Source of the DNA: an uncultured delta proteobacterium
Lineage (GTDB): Bacteria > Desulfobacterota > Syntrophia > Syntrophales > UBA2192
DNA length: 64,000 bases
Direction: 5' to 3'
Assembly: GCA_963705165.1 (NCBI GenBank)
Contig: CAVPJD010000031.1
Location: forward strand, 1 to 64,000
The notes beneath the pieces are model-generated. The model was not told the DNA's origin. It ran no database searches and worked only from the letters and a program-made list of their open reading frames with translations. This document shows positions 22,782-32,686 of this stretch, piece after piece. The position numbers and the translations under genes were made by a program. Position 1 is the first letter of the stretch, and each line of letters opens with the position of its first letter.

Positions 22782-24008
22782 ATGCCTGTTTACGAGTACA
22801 CAGCCCTGAACGACAAAGGCAAGAAGCTCAAGGGGATCATCGACGCCCAGAGTACGGTTGCGGCCAGGCAGAAGCTGCGCGAGAGCAATATCTACCTGAC
22901 CGATCTGCAGGAGACCTCCGGGGCGAAGAAGGACAGCCCCCTGAAACAGCCCCTGGGAGGCCTGTTCCGTAAAGTGGGGTCCCGCGAGGTGACGGTCATG
23001 ACGAGGCAGCTGGCCACCCTGCTTGGGGCCGGACTGCCCCTGGTCCAGTCGCTCGCAACCCTGATTGCGCAGACATCCCACCCCCAGCTCAAAACGATCC
23101 TCTCCCAGATCAAGGAGGAGGTCAACGAGGGCAGCAGCTTCTCGCAAACCATGACCCACTACCCCCAGGTCTTTCCGGCTTTCTACCTCAACATGGTCCG
23201 TGCGGGGGAGGCCTCGGGCACTCTGCACCTCGTGCTCGAACGGCTCGCAGACTTCAGCGAGAAGCAGCAGGCCCTGAAAGGCCGTGTCCGGGCGGCGCTT
23301 GCCTACCCGCTGTTCATGTTCCTCATCGGAAGCGTCGTGCTGTTCTTCCTGGTCGCCTTCGTCGTGCCCAACGTGACGAGGATCTTCGACGAGATGCACC
23401 AGACCCTGCCGCTCATCACGATCGTGCTCATCGGCGTGAGCCGCTTCCTGGAAACCTTCTGGTGGCTCATCGTGGCGGGGCTCATCGGCGCATTTGTGGC
23501 CCTGAAGTACTTCCTGTCGAAAACACAGAAAGGCCGAACCCTGCTGGACCGGACCCTGCTCGCACTGCCGGTCGTCGGCCAGATGAACCGCAAGATTGCC
23601 GTGGCGCGCTTCAGCCGCACACTGGGGACTCTCCTGGAGAGCGGGGTCCCCCTGCTTGCCTCCCTGGAAATCGTCCGGAACATCGTGGGAAACTCCCTCA
23701 TCAGCGATGCCATCCAGAAGGCCGGCAACGACGTGCGCGAGGGGCAGAGCCTCTCGGCGCCGCTTGCCCGCAGCGGTCTCTTCCCGGCGATCTCCGTCGA
23801 GATGATCTCCGTTGGCGAGCAGAGCGGGAACCTGGAGCCCATGCTCTACCGCATCGCCGAAGCCTATGAGAAAGAAGTGGAATCGAGCATCACGATGCTC
23901 ACCTCGCTGCTGGAGCCGATCATGATCCTCGTCATGGGTCTGGCTGTCGGCTTCATCGTGGTGTCGATCCTTCTGCCCATATTCGAAATGAACCAGCTCG
24001 TACGATAA
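22782..24008 (+). CDS. gspF: Type II secretion inner-membrane protein F
   Basis: MPVYEYTAL, TRQLATLL, GEASG, ALAYP, GEQSG, LLEP. Confidence 0.95.
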   Translation: MPVYEYTALNDKGKKLKGIIDAQSTVAARQKLRESNIYLTDLQETSGAKKDSPLKQPLGGLFRKVGSREVTVMTRQLATLLGAGLPLVQSLATLIAQTSHPQLKTILSQIKEEVNEGSSFSQTMTHYPQVFPAFYLNMVRAGEASGTLHLVLERLADFSEKQQALKGRVRAALAYPLFMFLIGSVVLFFLVAFVVPNVTRIFDEMHQTLPLITIVLIGVSRFLETFWWLIVAGLIGAFVALKYFLSKTQKGRTLLDRTLLALPVVGQMNRKIAVARFSRTLGTLLESGVPLLASLEIVRNIVGNSLISDAIQKAGNDVREGQSLSAPLARSGLFPAISVEMISVGEQSGNLEPMLYRIAEAYEKEVESSITMLTSLLEPIMILVMGLAVGFIVVSILLPIFEMNQLVR

Positions 24009-24035
24009 AGCCGACAGGCCGAAAAAGGTGGTGGC

Positions 24036-24506
24036 ATGAAAAAGGAACTGTTGATCTCCCTGGGAAATCGGATGCGGCGAGGCGGACGGGGGTTTACCCT
24101 GATCGAGCTCATGGTCGTCATCGTCATCCTGGGTATCCTCGCCGGACTGATCATCCCGCGGATCATGGGACGCCCCGACGAGGCGCGGCAGACCAAAGCC
24201 CGCATCATGATCGAGGGGATCGAGACGGCACTGAAGCTCTATCGGCTCGACAACGGATTCTACCCGACGACCGAGCAGGGGCTCAGGGCCCTCGTGGAAG
24301 CGTCCACCATCCAGCCCGTGCCCCGAAACTGGCGAGAAGGAGGCTATCTCGAGAAGGGCAAGGTACCCAAGGACCCCTGGGGGAACGACTTCGTCTACCT
24401 GAGCCCCGGTACGCAGGGCGAGATGGATCTGATCTCCTACGGTGCCGACGGGCAGCCCGGCGGCGAAGGGAAAAATAAGGATATTACCAACTGGTCGCAG
24501 GACTGA
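24036..24506 (+). CDS. gspG: Type II secretion major pseudopilin
   Basis: [29 protein letters not shown]. Confidence 0.96.
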   Translation: MKKELLISLGNRMRRGGRGFTLIELMVVIVILGILAGLIIPRIMGRPDEARQTKARIMIEGIETALKLYRLDNGFYPTTEQGLRALVEASTIQPVPRNWREGGYLEKGKVPKDPWGNDFVYLSPGTQGEMDLISYGADGQPGGEGKNKDITNWSQD

Positions 24507-24644
24507 CGGAAAAGAGAAGGTGAGAGGGTAAGAAGGTCGGATAAGCCGCAGCACCGAATGGGGGCCTCTCACATCGCCAACTTTCTCACCTTCTTACCCT
24601 CTTACCCTCTGTCTTTGGCGACCCGACGGCACTTCGCGAGACGC

Positions 24645-25181
24645 ATGCAAATAAACCTGAAGAACACCTCAAGACCGCCCGGTGAGAAGGGCTACACCCT
24701 CATCGAGATCTCCGTCGTGATTGTTCTCATCGGGGTGATCCTCCTGATGGCCATCCCGAGAGTCCAGGATACCCTGACCAGCGACCGGATGCGATCGGCC
24801 GTGCGAAACCTCTCCGGGACGGCGCGGGAGCTCAAGGCAAGCGCCGTTCGCGAGCAGGTCGACCATTTTTTGCACCTGGACCTGGACAGGCGCGTGCTCT
24901 GGAGCACCCGAGACGACATGACGGCAGAGACCCGGACGGTCCGAAGGAGCCGGGCACGCTCGCTGCCCTCGGGTGTGAGAATCGCAGATGTCGCGCTCGC
25001 CGACGAGGGCAAGAAGAATCAGGGGGAAGTCATCATCCGGTTCTTCAGCCAGGGCTACGTCCAGCCCGCCGCCATCCACCTCACCGACGATGAGCGCACC
25101 ATGACCCTGATCTTCCAGCCCTTCCTGAGCACCTTCGAAGTGCAGGACAAGTACGTGGATGTGTGGCAGAAGTCAAAATAG
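24645..25181 (+). CDS. gspH: Type II secretion minor pseudopilin H
   Basis: G|YTLIEI prepilin motif, position after gspG; start uncertain (24558 possible). Confidence 0.8.
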   Translation: MQINLKNTSRPPGEKGYTLIEISVVIVLIGVILLMAIPRVQDTLTSDRMRSAVRNLSGTARELKASAVREQVDHFLHLDLDRRVLWSTRDDMTAETRTVRRSRARSLPSGVRIADVALADEGKKNQGEVIIRFFSQGYVQPAAIHLTDDERTMTLIFQPFLSTFEVQDKYVDVWQKSK

Positions 25182-25235
25182 CACGCTGAAGCGTGCCAGT
25201 AATCAGTGAATAGTGGTCAGTGGCTAGTGAAGAAG

Positions 25236-25736
25236 ATGAGACAAGACATGGATCAGGTAACAGGTGACAGGTATCAGGTGGCAGAGAAAGAACCCTCTAC
25301 CCGCTACCCTCGACCCTCGCCCCCTGTGTGCCCACACGCTACACGCTACCCGCTACACGCTTCTCCGCAGCGTGGCTTCACCCTTCTCGAAGTGATGATC
25401 GCCATGGCCATCCTGGCCATCGTGCTCGTGACGGTTTTTCACTCCCAGTCCCAGAGTATCGCCATGGCCAACGAGTCCAGGGCGATGACGACGCTGGCAC
25501 TGCTCGCACAGAGCCGCATGGCGGAAGTCGAGGGCCAGCAGAACCTCTCGACCGGCCAGACGAGCGGGACATTCGGAGACGACTTCCCCAATTACACCTG
25601 GACGGCAAGCATCACCCAGCCGCAGGGCCTGGGCTCGGGCTTCCTGAGAAAAATCGAGGTCACCGTCGTTCACGACTACTACCTGAAGAGGCCATACAAA
25701 GTGATCCTGTACCGGCCCGCGACAATGAAACAGTAA
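25236..25736 (+). CDS. gspI: Type II secretion minor pseudopilin I with repeat-expanded leader
   Basis: G|FTLLEVMIAMAIL with mature Phe at 25377; start uncertain. Confidence 0.85.
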   Translation: MRQDMDQVTGDRYQVAEKEPSTRYPRPSPPVCPHATRYPLHASPQRGFTLLEVMIAMAILAIVLVTVFHSQSQSIAMANESRAMTTLALLAQSRMAEVEGQQNLSTGQTSGTFGDDFPNYTWTASITQPQGLGSGFLRKIEVTVVHDYYLKRPYKVILYRPATMKQ

Positions 25737-25778
25737 TTAGTGATTAGTGGTTAGTGACTAGGGAAGAAGAAACAAAAA

Positions 25779-26666
25779 ATGAATAACTGGGTAAATGGCA
25801 AAAACTCAAATCCCCCGGTCATACCCCTTGGGAGATCCTTACAAATATTTCCCTCTCCCTTGAGGGGAGAGGGTCAGGGTGAGGGTGAAATAAGGTACGG
25901 GGATCATTCCCCCTCACCTCAATCCTCTCCCACGGAGGGGAGAGGAAGATTAAGGATCGTGACATTTATAGGGGAAAAAGAGGGGGATTTTTGCCTACAC
26001 GCTACACGCTACACGCTACACGCTTCTTCGAAGCGCGGTTTTACCCTGGTCGAGATTCTCGTCGCCATCGCCATCCTGTCCGTCGTGCTCTCGACGATCT
26101 ACGTCTCCTACATTTCCACGATGCGCATCGTGCGGAGCCTCGAGTACGGCGACGAGATCTACTACATGGCCCGCATCACCCTGGAGAGAATGGTCCTGGA
26201 CCTGCAATCGACCTGCAAGGAAAAGGACTCCTACGAATTCACGACCCTGAAGGATCCCACGGGCAAGCTCCCGCTCAAGGGCGTTTCTTTCCTGTCCCGG
26301 GCCCACCTCGATTTCAGCGGCCCGGGCGACTCGATGGCCGTGGCCCAGATCAGCTACGAGCTCGAAGGCGACCCCGATTCGGGAGGGTTCTCCATCATCC
26401 GCCGCGACGTCCTGAGGCAGGGCGAGGGATCCTCGGGCGGCGAAGGCTACACCCTGTGCCGGCGCCTGCAGTTCGTGAACCTGCGGTTCTATGACGCCAG
26501 CGGCCGGGAGTATCCCCTGTGGGACAGCCGCACGGGCTCTGAGGCCCAGCGAAACAATGTCCCGTCGTCGATCGTCATCGAGCTCAACTTCATCAACCCC
26601 GACGACGCGGCCAACCCGTACAAGTTCATGACCCGATTGCTCCTGACGGGCTCCACCAAAACGTGA
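25779..26666 (+). CDS. gspJ: Type II secretion minor pseudopilin J with repeat-expanded leader
   Basis: G|FTLVEILVAIAI with mature Phe at 26040; alternative GTG start at 25959. Confidence 0.85.
   Translation: MNNWVNGKNSNPPVIPLGRSLQIFPSPLRGEGQGEGEIRYGDHSPSPQSSPTEGRGRLRIVTFIGEKEGDFCLHATRYTLHASSKRGFTLVEILVAIAILSVVLSTIYVSYISTMRIVRSLEYGDEIYYMARITLERMVLDLQSTCKEKDSYEFTTLKDPTGKLPLKGVSFLSRAHLDFSGPGDSMAVAQISYELEGDPDSGGFSIIRRDVLRQGEGSSGGEGYTLCRRLQFVNLRFYDASGREYPLWDSRTGSEAQRNNVPSSIVIELNFINPDDAANPYKFMTRLLLTGSTKT
25849..25955. repeat. Inverted pair of REP-like repeats inside the gspJ leader
   Basis: TTCCCTCTCCC-ttgag-GGGAGAGGGTCAGGGTGAGGGTGAA ... TTCCCCCTCACCTCAATCCTCTCCC-acggag-GGGAGAGGAAGATTAAGG. Confidence 0.85.
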
Positions 26667-26670
26667 TAGG

Positions 26671-27642
26671 ATGAAAACCACGATAACCAACGAAAAGGGG
26701 GTCGCCCTCATCCTGGTCCTGCTCACGGTGAGCGTCATCGTGGTGCTCACCCTGCAGCTCAACGTCTCCTCGAGGTCGCAGGTCCACGAGGCCGCCAACC
26801 TCGGCGACGGGATCCGGGTTCTCTACATCGCCAAGTCCGGCGTCTTTGCGGGGATGGGGCTTCTCTCCGAGGACCGGGGCGATGCGGATACGCTCAACGA
26901 GGCATGGGCCCGCACGGAAGCGCTCTCGGAGCAATCGAAGGACTATTTCGACGGCGGCCACCTGGAGCTCGCAATCGAGGACGAGGCAGGGAAGGTCAAC
27001 ATCAACAAGCTCGTCGAGGGCAACGGCTTCAACAACGCCGTGAAGGGAGTGCTGTCCCGCCTTCTGGCCCAGCCGCAGTTCAAGCTCCAGGACCAGGAGG
27101 TGCAAGACCTCCTGAATGCCATCAAGGACTGGATCGACGCGGACTCGGAGGTAACGGCAACTGGTGCAGAAAATGCATATTATCAAGGTCTTGGCAAATC
27201 CTACACCGTACGAAACGGGCCTATGGAATCGATCGACGAGCTGCTGCTCGTCCGGGGGGTCACACGGGAGCTCTTTCACGGTACTTCCGAGAGGCCCGGC
27301 CTGGCCCGCTTTCTGACGGTTCAGGGGGAAGGGAGCATCAATATCAACACGGCGCCGAAGGAAGTGCTCCGGGCCCTGGCGCCGTCCATCACCGAGGATG
27401 CGGCCAACCGGATGGACGACTACCGGAGAAACGCGGCCAACAACCTGACGGATCCCTCCTGGTACAGAAGGGTTGCAGGATTGAATAACACGGCTATCGA
27501 CTCGGTGACCGTTGCGACGAAGAGCGAGTATTTCCAGATCGCCGCAACGGGCCATCTGGGGACGATGAAACGCACCATCCGTGGTATCGTGAAGCGCGAC
27601 AGCGAGAAAAAACTCTCCGTTGTCGCCTGGAGGCTCGGCTGA
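26671..27642 (+). CDS. gspK: Type II secretion pseudopilin K
   Basis: KG|VALILVL, DEAGKVNIN, DWIDAD, ININTAPKEVL. Confidence 0.93.
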   Translation: MKTTITNEKGVALILVLLTVSVIVVLTLQLNVSSRSQVHEAANLGDGIRVLYIAKSGVFAGMGLLSEDRGDADTLNEAWARTEALSEQSKDYFDGGHLELAIEDEAGKVNINKLVEGNGFNNAVKGVLSRLLAQPQFKLQDQEVQDLLNAIKDWIDADSEVTATGAENAYYQGLGKSYTVRNGPMESIDELLLVRGVTRELFHGTSERPGLARFLTVQGEGSININTAPKEVLRALAPSITEDAANRMDDYRRNAANNLTDPSWYRRVAGLNNTAIDSVTVATKSEYFQIAATGHLGTMKRTIRGIVKRDSEKKLSVVAWRLG

Positions 27643-29186
27643 TGGCGAAGCACATTCTCGGGCTCGATATCGGCAAAAGCTGCCTGAAGGCTGTCCTCAT
27701 CGAGGCAGGCCTCCGGGGCAGCATGCGCATCGTTGCCTGGGAAAAGGTCGACATCACCGGGTCGGGCGGCATCCGGGAAGCCCTGCGGCGGATCCAGGAA
27801 GTCCCGGTCCTCACCGTGCCTGCATGCCAGATATCGCTTGCGGCCAGGGGTTTCTCCTTCCGCAACATGAAGCTCCCCTTCAAGGACCGAAAAAAAATCC
27901 TCCAGACCCTGCCCTTCGAGCTGGAGTCCCAGATCCCCCACCCCGTGGAGAGCGTGTTGATCGATTTCACCGTCCTCGGTCAGGCGCAGGGCTCCGATCT
28001 CTTCACCGCCGTGATCCCCAAGGCAGAGGTGGAGGAGCGCATCGCGCTGCTGGCCGATTACGGCTTCGACGCTGAGACCATCGACATCGACACGGTTCCC
28101 GTTGCGGCACGTCTGATGACGGCCGCGCCGGTGGACTGCCTGAATCTTCTTCTGGACATCGGCGCCTCGGAAACGACGGGCGTCTTTTTCAAGGAAGGCA
28201 GGATCCTGCAGGTCCGTTCCTACCCCTTCGGCGGCGATCACGTCACGAACGCCCTTTCCGCGGCTCTGGGGGTCGCTTTCGTCGAGGCTGAGGCCCGCAA
28301 GAAACGGGGCGACACGGAACAGGCTGAAGAACAGATCACCGAGGCCTGCCAGAAGTTCTTTGCATCCCTGAAAAACACGATAAGCTCGCTGCGCATGTCG
28401 GGGCTTGTCGATGAGGATCCGACGACGGTCTACCTGACGGGAGGCGGCGGCCTCTACCGCAAGCTCGCCGAGGAGCTTTCCCGGGCCCTGGCGGCACCCG
28501 TGGAGCGGGTCAACGTGACCCAGCTCGCCGGCATCAAGCCCGTAGGGGGAGACGACGCGGGCTGGGATTCCATGATCATGAACGGCGCCCTGGCCCTGGC
28601 CCTGCGGCCCCTGGCGAAGGGACCGGGGTTCAACTTCCGGCAGGGCGATCTGCGCCGCAAGGGCATGCCCCTTAAGTTCGACCTCGGCATCAACCTCAAG
28701 TGGGCGGGCGCCGTGACGGCCCTGATCCTCCTGCTTGCCGGCGCCGATCTCACCCTCTCCCATTACGCAGACAAAGCCCGGCTCGATCAGCTCAAGGCCG
28801 AGACGGCGGCCCTTCTGCAACAGAATTTTCCCGAGGTGACGCGCGTCGTCGACCCGGCACAGCAATTCCGGGCGAAGATCGCCGAGGCAAAGCGCTTCGC
28901 CACGGCGTCCCGGGGCGCAGCCTCGGGCGGCTCCGTCCTCGGCGTCATGAAGGACCTCTCCGAGCAGGTCCCCGAGGCCTCCGACTTCCTCATCACGGCC
29001 CTCGTTTTCGACGGCGACAGGGTCGATATCCGGGGCGAGGCGACGGGCTTCGACGCAGCCGAAACCATCAAGAAGCAACTGGAAAAAACGGGGCGTTACG
29101 AAAGTATCGCCGTCAGCTCCTCCAACGTGAAGCAGGGGAGCCGCGTGGAGTTCGAGTTGAAAACCACCCTGGCGAAGAAACCATGA
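27642..29186 (+). CDS. gspL: Type II secretion protein L (PilM-like actin fold + PilN-like domain)
   Basis: LGLDIG, LDIGA, YLTGGG, single TM; operon position. Confidence 0.85.
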   Translation: MAKHILGLDIGKSCLKAVLIEAGLRGSMRIVAWEKVDITGSGGIREALRRIQEVPVLTVPACQISLAARGFSFRNMKLPFKDRKKILQTLPFELESQIPHPVESVLIDFTVLGQAQGSDLFTAVIPKAEVEERIALLADYGFDAETIDIDTVPVAARLMTAAPVDCLNLLLDIGASETTGVFFKEGRILQVRSYPFGGDHVTNALSAALGVAFVEAEARKKRGDTEQAEEQITEACQKFFASLKNTISSLRMSGLVDEDPTTVYLTGGGGLYRKLAEELSRALAAPVERVNVTQLAGIKPVGGDDAGWDSMIMNGALALALRPLAKGPGFNFRQGDLRRKGMPLKFDLGINLKWAGAVTALILLLAGADLTLSHYADKARLDQLKAETAALLQQNFPEVTRVVDPAQQFRAKIAEAKRFATASRGAASGGSVLGVMKDLSEQVPEASDFLITALVFDGDRVDIRGEATGFDAAETIKKQLEKTGRYESIAVSSSNVKQGSRVEFELKTTLAKKP

Positions 29187-29761
29187 AGAAGTTCTGGGAC
29201 AACCTTGGAGCACGGGAAAAGCTCTACATCCTGGCCGGAATGGGGATCGCGGCACTGATCCTCCTCGTCCAGTTCGCGATCCTGCCCTTCTGGGAGGAAC
29301 GAGAGCGCGTGGCAAAGGCCATCGATGCCCAGGAGAAGATCCTCAAGGAAATGAACGCCCAGCTCACCGAATACCGTGTGCTCAGGCGAGACATGGACTC
29401 CATTCAGCGGGCCATGGCTTCGAGACCGTCCGATTTCACCCTGTACACCTTCGTGGAACGCAAGGCCCGGGAAGCAGGCGTGCGCCCCAACGTCAAGGCC
29501 ATCAACCCCTCCCGGGGGATGAGCGCCGGGACCTACGAGGAGACGATGGCCGATGTCAGCCTGGAGAAGATCACACTCCGGCAACTTGTCCAGTTCCTTT
29601 ACCAGGCGGACTCACCGCGCGATGCCGTGAGAATCCGAAAGCTCACCGTGCGAAAGAGCCTGGAGAGTTCCGAGTACCTCACGGCCACGGTTCAGCTTGC
29701 CACTTACCAGGCGGCGACAGCCCCCAGACCAGGCAACGCGCCGGCAAGGAAGGGAGGATAA
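29183..29761 (+). CDS. gspM: Type II secretion protein M
   Basis: W..L..REK N-terminus, single TM, coiled coil; ATGA overlap with gspL. Confidence 0.8.
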   Translation: MKKFWDNLGAREKLYILAGMGIAALILLVQFAILPFWEERERVAKAIDAQEKILKEMNAQLTEYRVLRRDMDSIQRAMASRPSDFTLYTFVERKAREAGVRPNVKAINPSRGMSAGTYEETMADVSLEKITLRQLVQFLYQADSPRDAVRIRKLTVRKSLESSEYLTATVQLATYQAATAPRPGNAPARKGG

Positions 29762-29773
29762 GACGGATTGCCG

Positions 29774-30604
29774 ATGAACGAAGCCTTCCGGAAATACGGA
29801 GCCTATGTTCTCTTTGGCCTGGTGGTGCTCGTTCTTTTTGCGTGGGTGCGGATGCCCACGGAGACCGTCCGCTCGCTCGTGCTTTCCGTCGTCTCGAAAA
29901 ATCAGGCGGGGGCCCTGGTGCGCTTTGACTCTGCCGAACTTGTCTTCCCCTTCGGGGTCACGCTGACAGGGCTCACCGTGCATACAAAGCACGGCAGGGG
30001 ATTGAGGTTCGAGGCCGACACGGTCACAGCGCACCCGGCGCTGCTTTCTCTGTTGACGGGGCGGCTGGCCCTTCGCATCCAGGCGGCGTCCATGGGCGGG
30101 AGGATTGACGGTGATATTGCCTTCAGGGATCGCTTTTCCGCCAGCGGCCCTGTGCGCACCGATCTCAATTTCGGCAGCATCAATGCCGCCGAGTGCCCCT
30201 GGATTGCCGATCTGCTGGGACGCGCCGTTCGGGGCCGTGTGGACGGCAGGCTCCGCTTCGAAGGACTCCCGGGGCAGTGGGCTTCCGGGTCGGGGCACCT
30301 GGAACTGGCGCTCGTCAACGGGCTGATCTCCCTCCAGGCCCCCCTGTTCGGCCTGCAGGAAATGATCTTTACGAGAATGGAAAGCAATATGGACCTTGGC
30401 AACGGGACCCTCCAGGTTAACCGGCTCCAGGTTGCAGGCGATCACCTCCAGGGGGAGTTCCGGGGAAGCATCCGCATCGAAGGGGACTTTTCCCGAAGCC
30501 AGATCGCCCTGCGGGGTGACGTGAATCTGCCTTCCGCCGGCCAGGAGCGTTTTGCCGTCGATGTGGGCGGCACGGTTGCCAGCCCGGTCGTAACGCCCAT
30601 CTGA
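29774..30604 (+). CDS. gspN: Type II secretion protein N
   Basis: N-terminal TM, beta-rich body ending GTVASP; operon position. Confidence 0.72.
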   Translation: MNEAFRKYGAYVLFGLVVLVLFAWVRMPTETVRSLVLSVVSKNQAGALVRFDSAELVFPFGVTLTGLTVHTKHGRGLRFEADTVTAHPALLSLLTGRLALRIQAASMGGRIDGDIAFRDRFSASGPVRTDLNFGSINAAECPWIADLLGRAVRGRVDGRLRFEGLPGQWASGSGHLELALVNGLISLQAPLFGLQEMIFTRMESNMDLGNGTLQVNRLQVAGDHLQGEFRGSIRIEGDFSRSQIALRGDVNLPSAGQERFAVDVGGTVASPVVTPI

Positions 30605-30620
30605 GGCGCCAGGAAACGGT

Positions 30621-31505
30621 ATGCGAGCTTTCATGAAAAACAGGCAACACGCGCTGATGGTCCTCCTCGTGATCGCCGTCGTCGTGTATCTGGTCGTCGA
30701 CATCGCCTACCGGCTCATCGAACTCAACACGCCGCCTCCCGCGCCGGAGCCCCAGGCAGCGGCGGGCGTGCCGGCCGCGGACATGACGAAAGACCCCCTC
30801 GAAGCCTATGCCGTCATCGTCGAGCGAAACCTCTTCCGGACGACGGACCGGCCCATCGTCGTAGACCAGACGGACCCCAATTCGCTCGAGGCCACCGCCC
30901 TGCAGCTCGACCTCTACGGGACCATCGCCGGGGAGGGCGGCCGGGGCTATGCCATCATCGAGGAGCGCGACAAGAAAAGGCAGCGCCTCTACAAGGTCGG
31001 CGACAAGGTCGCCGGGGCCACGATCGTCAAGATCATGCGAAACGCCGTCGTGCTGCGACTCGGGGAGAAGGACCAGGTCCTGAAGAAAAAAGAGATCGCA
31101 TCGGCAGGTACCGAGCGGCGGGCACTGCCCGGAATGGCCCCGCAACCAGCCTCGCCGGGAGCCGCTCCCTCCCCCAGACCGTTGTCGCGCCCCCCGGCGG
31201 CAGGCCCCTCGGGCTCGGCCGCCGACCTGGCAGGCCTGCTGACCCAGGCCCGCGTGATACCCCACGTATCGGCCGGATCTTCAGGCAAGCCCGACGGGGT
31301 GATCATCAACGAGATCCAGCCCGGGAGCCTCTTCGAGAACGCGGGGCTCGTCAACGGGGATGTCATCCAGGAGGTCAACGGCAGGACCGTAACCGGGGTG
31401 GCCGATCTGGTGTCCATGTACCGGGACCTCAAGCCGGGGACAAGCCTGTCCGTCAAGGTGACCCGCTCGGGCAGGCAGGTGGTGCTTAACCATACGGTGG
31501 AATGA
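30621..31505 (+). CDS. gspC: Type II secretion protein C (with PDZ domain)
   Basis: ERNLF, LYGTI..YAIIE HR domain, GLVNGDVIQEVNG PDZ. Confidence 0.85.
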   Translation: MRAFMKNRQHALMVLLVIAVVVYLVVDIAYRLIELNTPPPAPEPQAAAGVPAADMTKDPLEAYAVIVERNLFRTTDRPIVVDQTDPNSLEATALQLDLYGTIAGEGGRGYAIIEERDKKRQRLYKVGDKVAGATIVKIMRNAVVLRLGEKDQVLKKKEIASAGTERRALPGMAPQPASPGAAPSPRPLSRPPAAGPSGSAADLAGLLTQARVIPHVSAGSSGKPDGVIINEIQPGSLFENAGLVNGDVIQEVNGRTVTGVADLVSMYRDLKPGTSLSVKVTRSGRQVVLNHTVE

Positions 31506-31669
31506 AAGGGCTCAGGGTATAGGGTACAGGGTTCAGGGAAGAAAAAAGACATAAAAACAGGACCATACATCATTCCCTGGCCCCTTGACCCTTAACCCTG
31601 GCCCCTGTAAATTGGCGGTGGTAATTTGTTGCCCGATGTACTAATAATGACCAAGGATGAACCCCGGGT

Positions 31670-32533
31670 ATGTACACCTCCCATTTCAAGCTGAGGGAAA
31701 ATCCCTTCAGCCTCACGCCTGACCCGAAGTATCTTTTCCTGAGCCGCCAGCATCGGGAGGCCCTCAACCATCTGATATACGGGATCAAGGAAAAAAAGGG
31801 GTTCATCGTTGTCACAGGAGGAATCGGTACGGGAAAGACGACCCTCTCCAGGGCGCTTCTCTCCGGGATGGATTCCTCCGTGGAAACGGCGCTCATTTTC
31901 AACTCGTACCTCTCGGACATGGAACTTCTCGAGGTGATCAACCAGGAGTTCCGGATTCCGCTGACAGGGGTCGATAGAACAAAGAGGCGTTACATCGACG
32001 CCCTCAATGCTTTCCTGCTGGCCAATCACAGGGCGGGAAAGAATGCCGTCGTTCTCATCGACGAGGCCCAGAACCTCTCCCGGAACGTCCTCGAGCAGAT
32101 CCGGATGCTCTCCAACCTGGAAACGGAGACGGAAAAACTGCTCCAGATTGTCCTGGTGGGGCAGCCCGAACTGCGGGATCTCCTCGCCCAGCCCTCGCTG
32201 AGGCAGCTCAACGAGAGGATCTCCGTGCGCTACCACCTCGATGCCCTGCTGGAGGACGACGTGCCCGACTATATCGTGCACCGCCTCACCGTGGCGGGGA
32301 ACACGGGACATCTCTCGTTTGCCGACGACGCCTTCGGCAAGATTTATGACTTCAGCCGGGGAAACCCGAGGCGCATCAACATCCTCTGCGACAGGGCGCT
32401 TCTGATCGCCTACGCCGGGAACGGGCTCGAGATCGACCGCAAGATCATCAAGCTGGCCATCCAGGACCTGAAGTCGAGCGACGTGAAAAAGGGAACCCTT
32501 TTTGCAAGACGGAAGAAAGGGCTGTTTGCCTAG
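31670..32533 (+). CDS. ExeA/GspA-family AAA ATPase
   Basis: MYTSHF..PFSLTPDP, GGIGTGKTT, IDEAQ, GQPEL, PRRINILCD. Confidence 0.9.
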   Translation: MYTSHFKLRENPFSLTPDPKYLFLSRQHREALNHLIYGIKEKKGFIVVTGGIGTGKTTLSRALLSGMDSSVETALIFNSYLSDMELLEVINQEFRIPLTGVDRTKRRYIDALNAFLLANHRAGKNAVVLIDEAQNLSRNVLEQIRMLSNLETETEKLLQIVLVGQPELRDLLAQPSLRQLNERISVRYHLDALLEDDVPDYIVHRLTVAGNTGHLSFADDAFGKIYDFSRGNPRRINILCDRALLIAYAGNGLEIDRKIIKLAIQDLKSSDVKKGTLFARRKKGLFA

Positions 32534-32550
32534 CAAAAAACCTACCTTGG

Positions 32551-32662
32551 TCCTCTCCTATGAGGGCCCTTTTCCTCTGTTCTCCTCCCCTGGTGGGAGG
32601 AGGAAGTGGAGGAGGGGGAACGATCAGTTCCTTTTCGGGGAGAGGGTCGGGGTGAGGGTGAA
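32551..32662 (-). repeat. Composite REP-like element (second copy)
   Basis: Reverse complement of 11759-11871, including a 55-bp identical core. Confidence 0.9.
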
Positions 32663-32686
32663 CATTCTTTGGTACATCAAGAGGTT

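Noticed and set aside
32606..32686. N-terminal extension of the TPR protein
   Set aside because: It is the translated REP composite; the GAGG RBS and GspB-like start favour ATG 32687.
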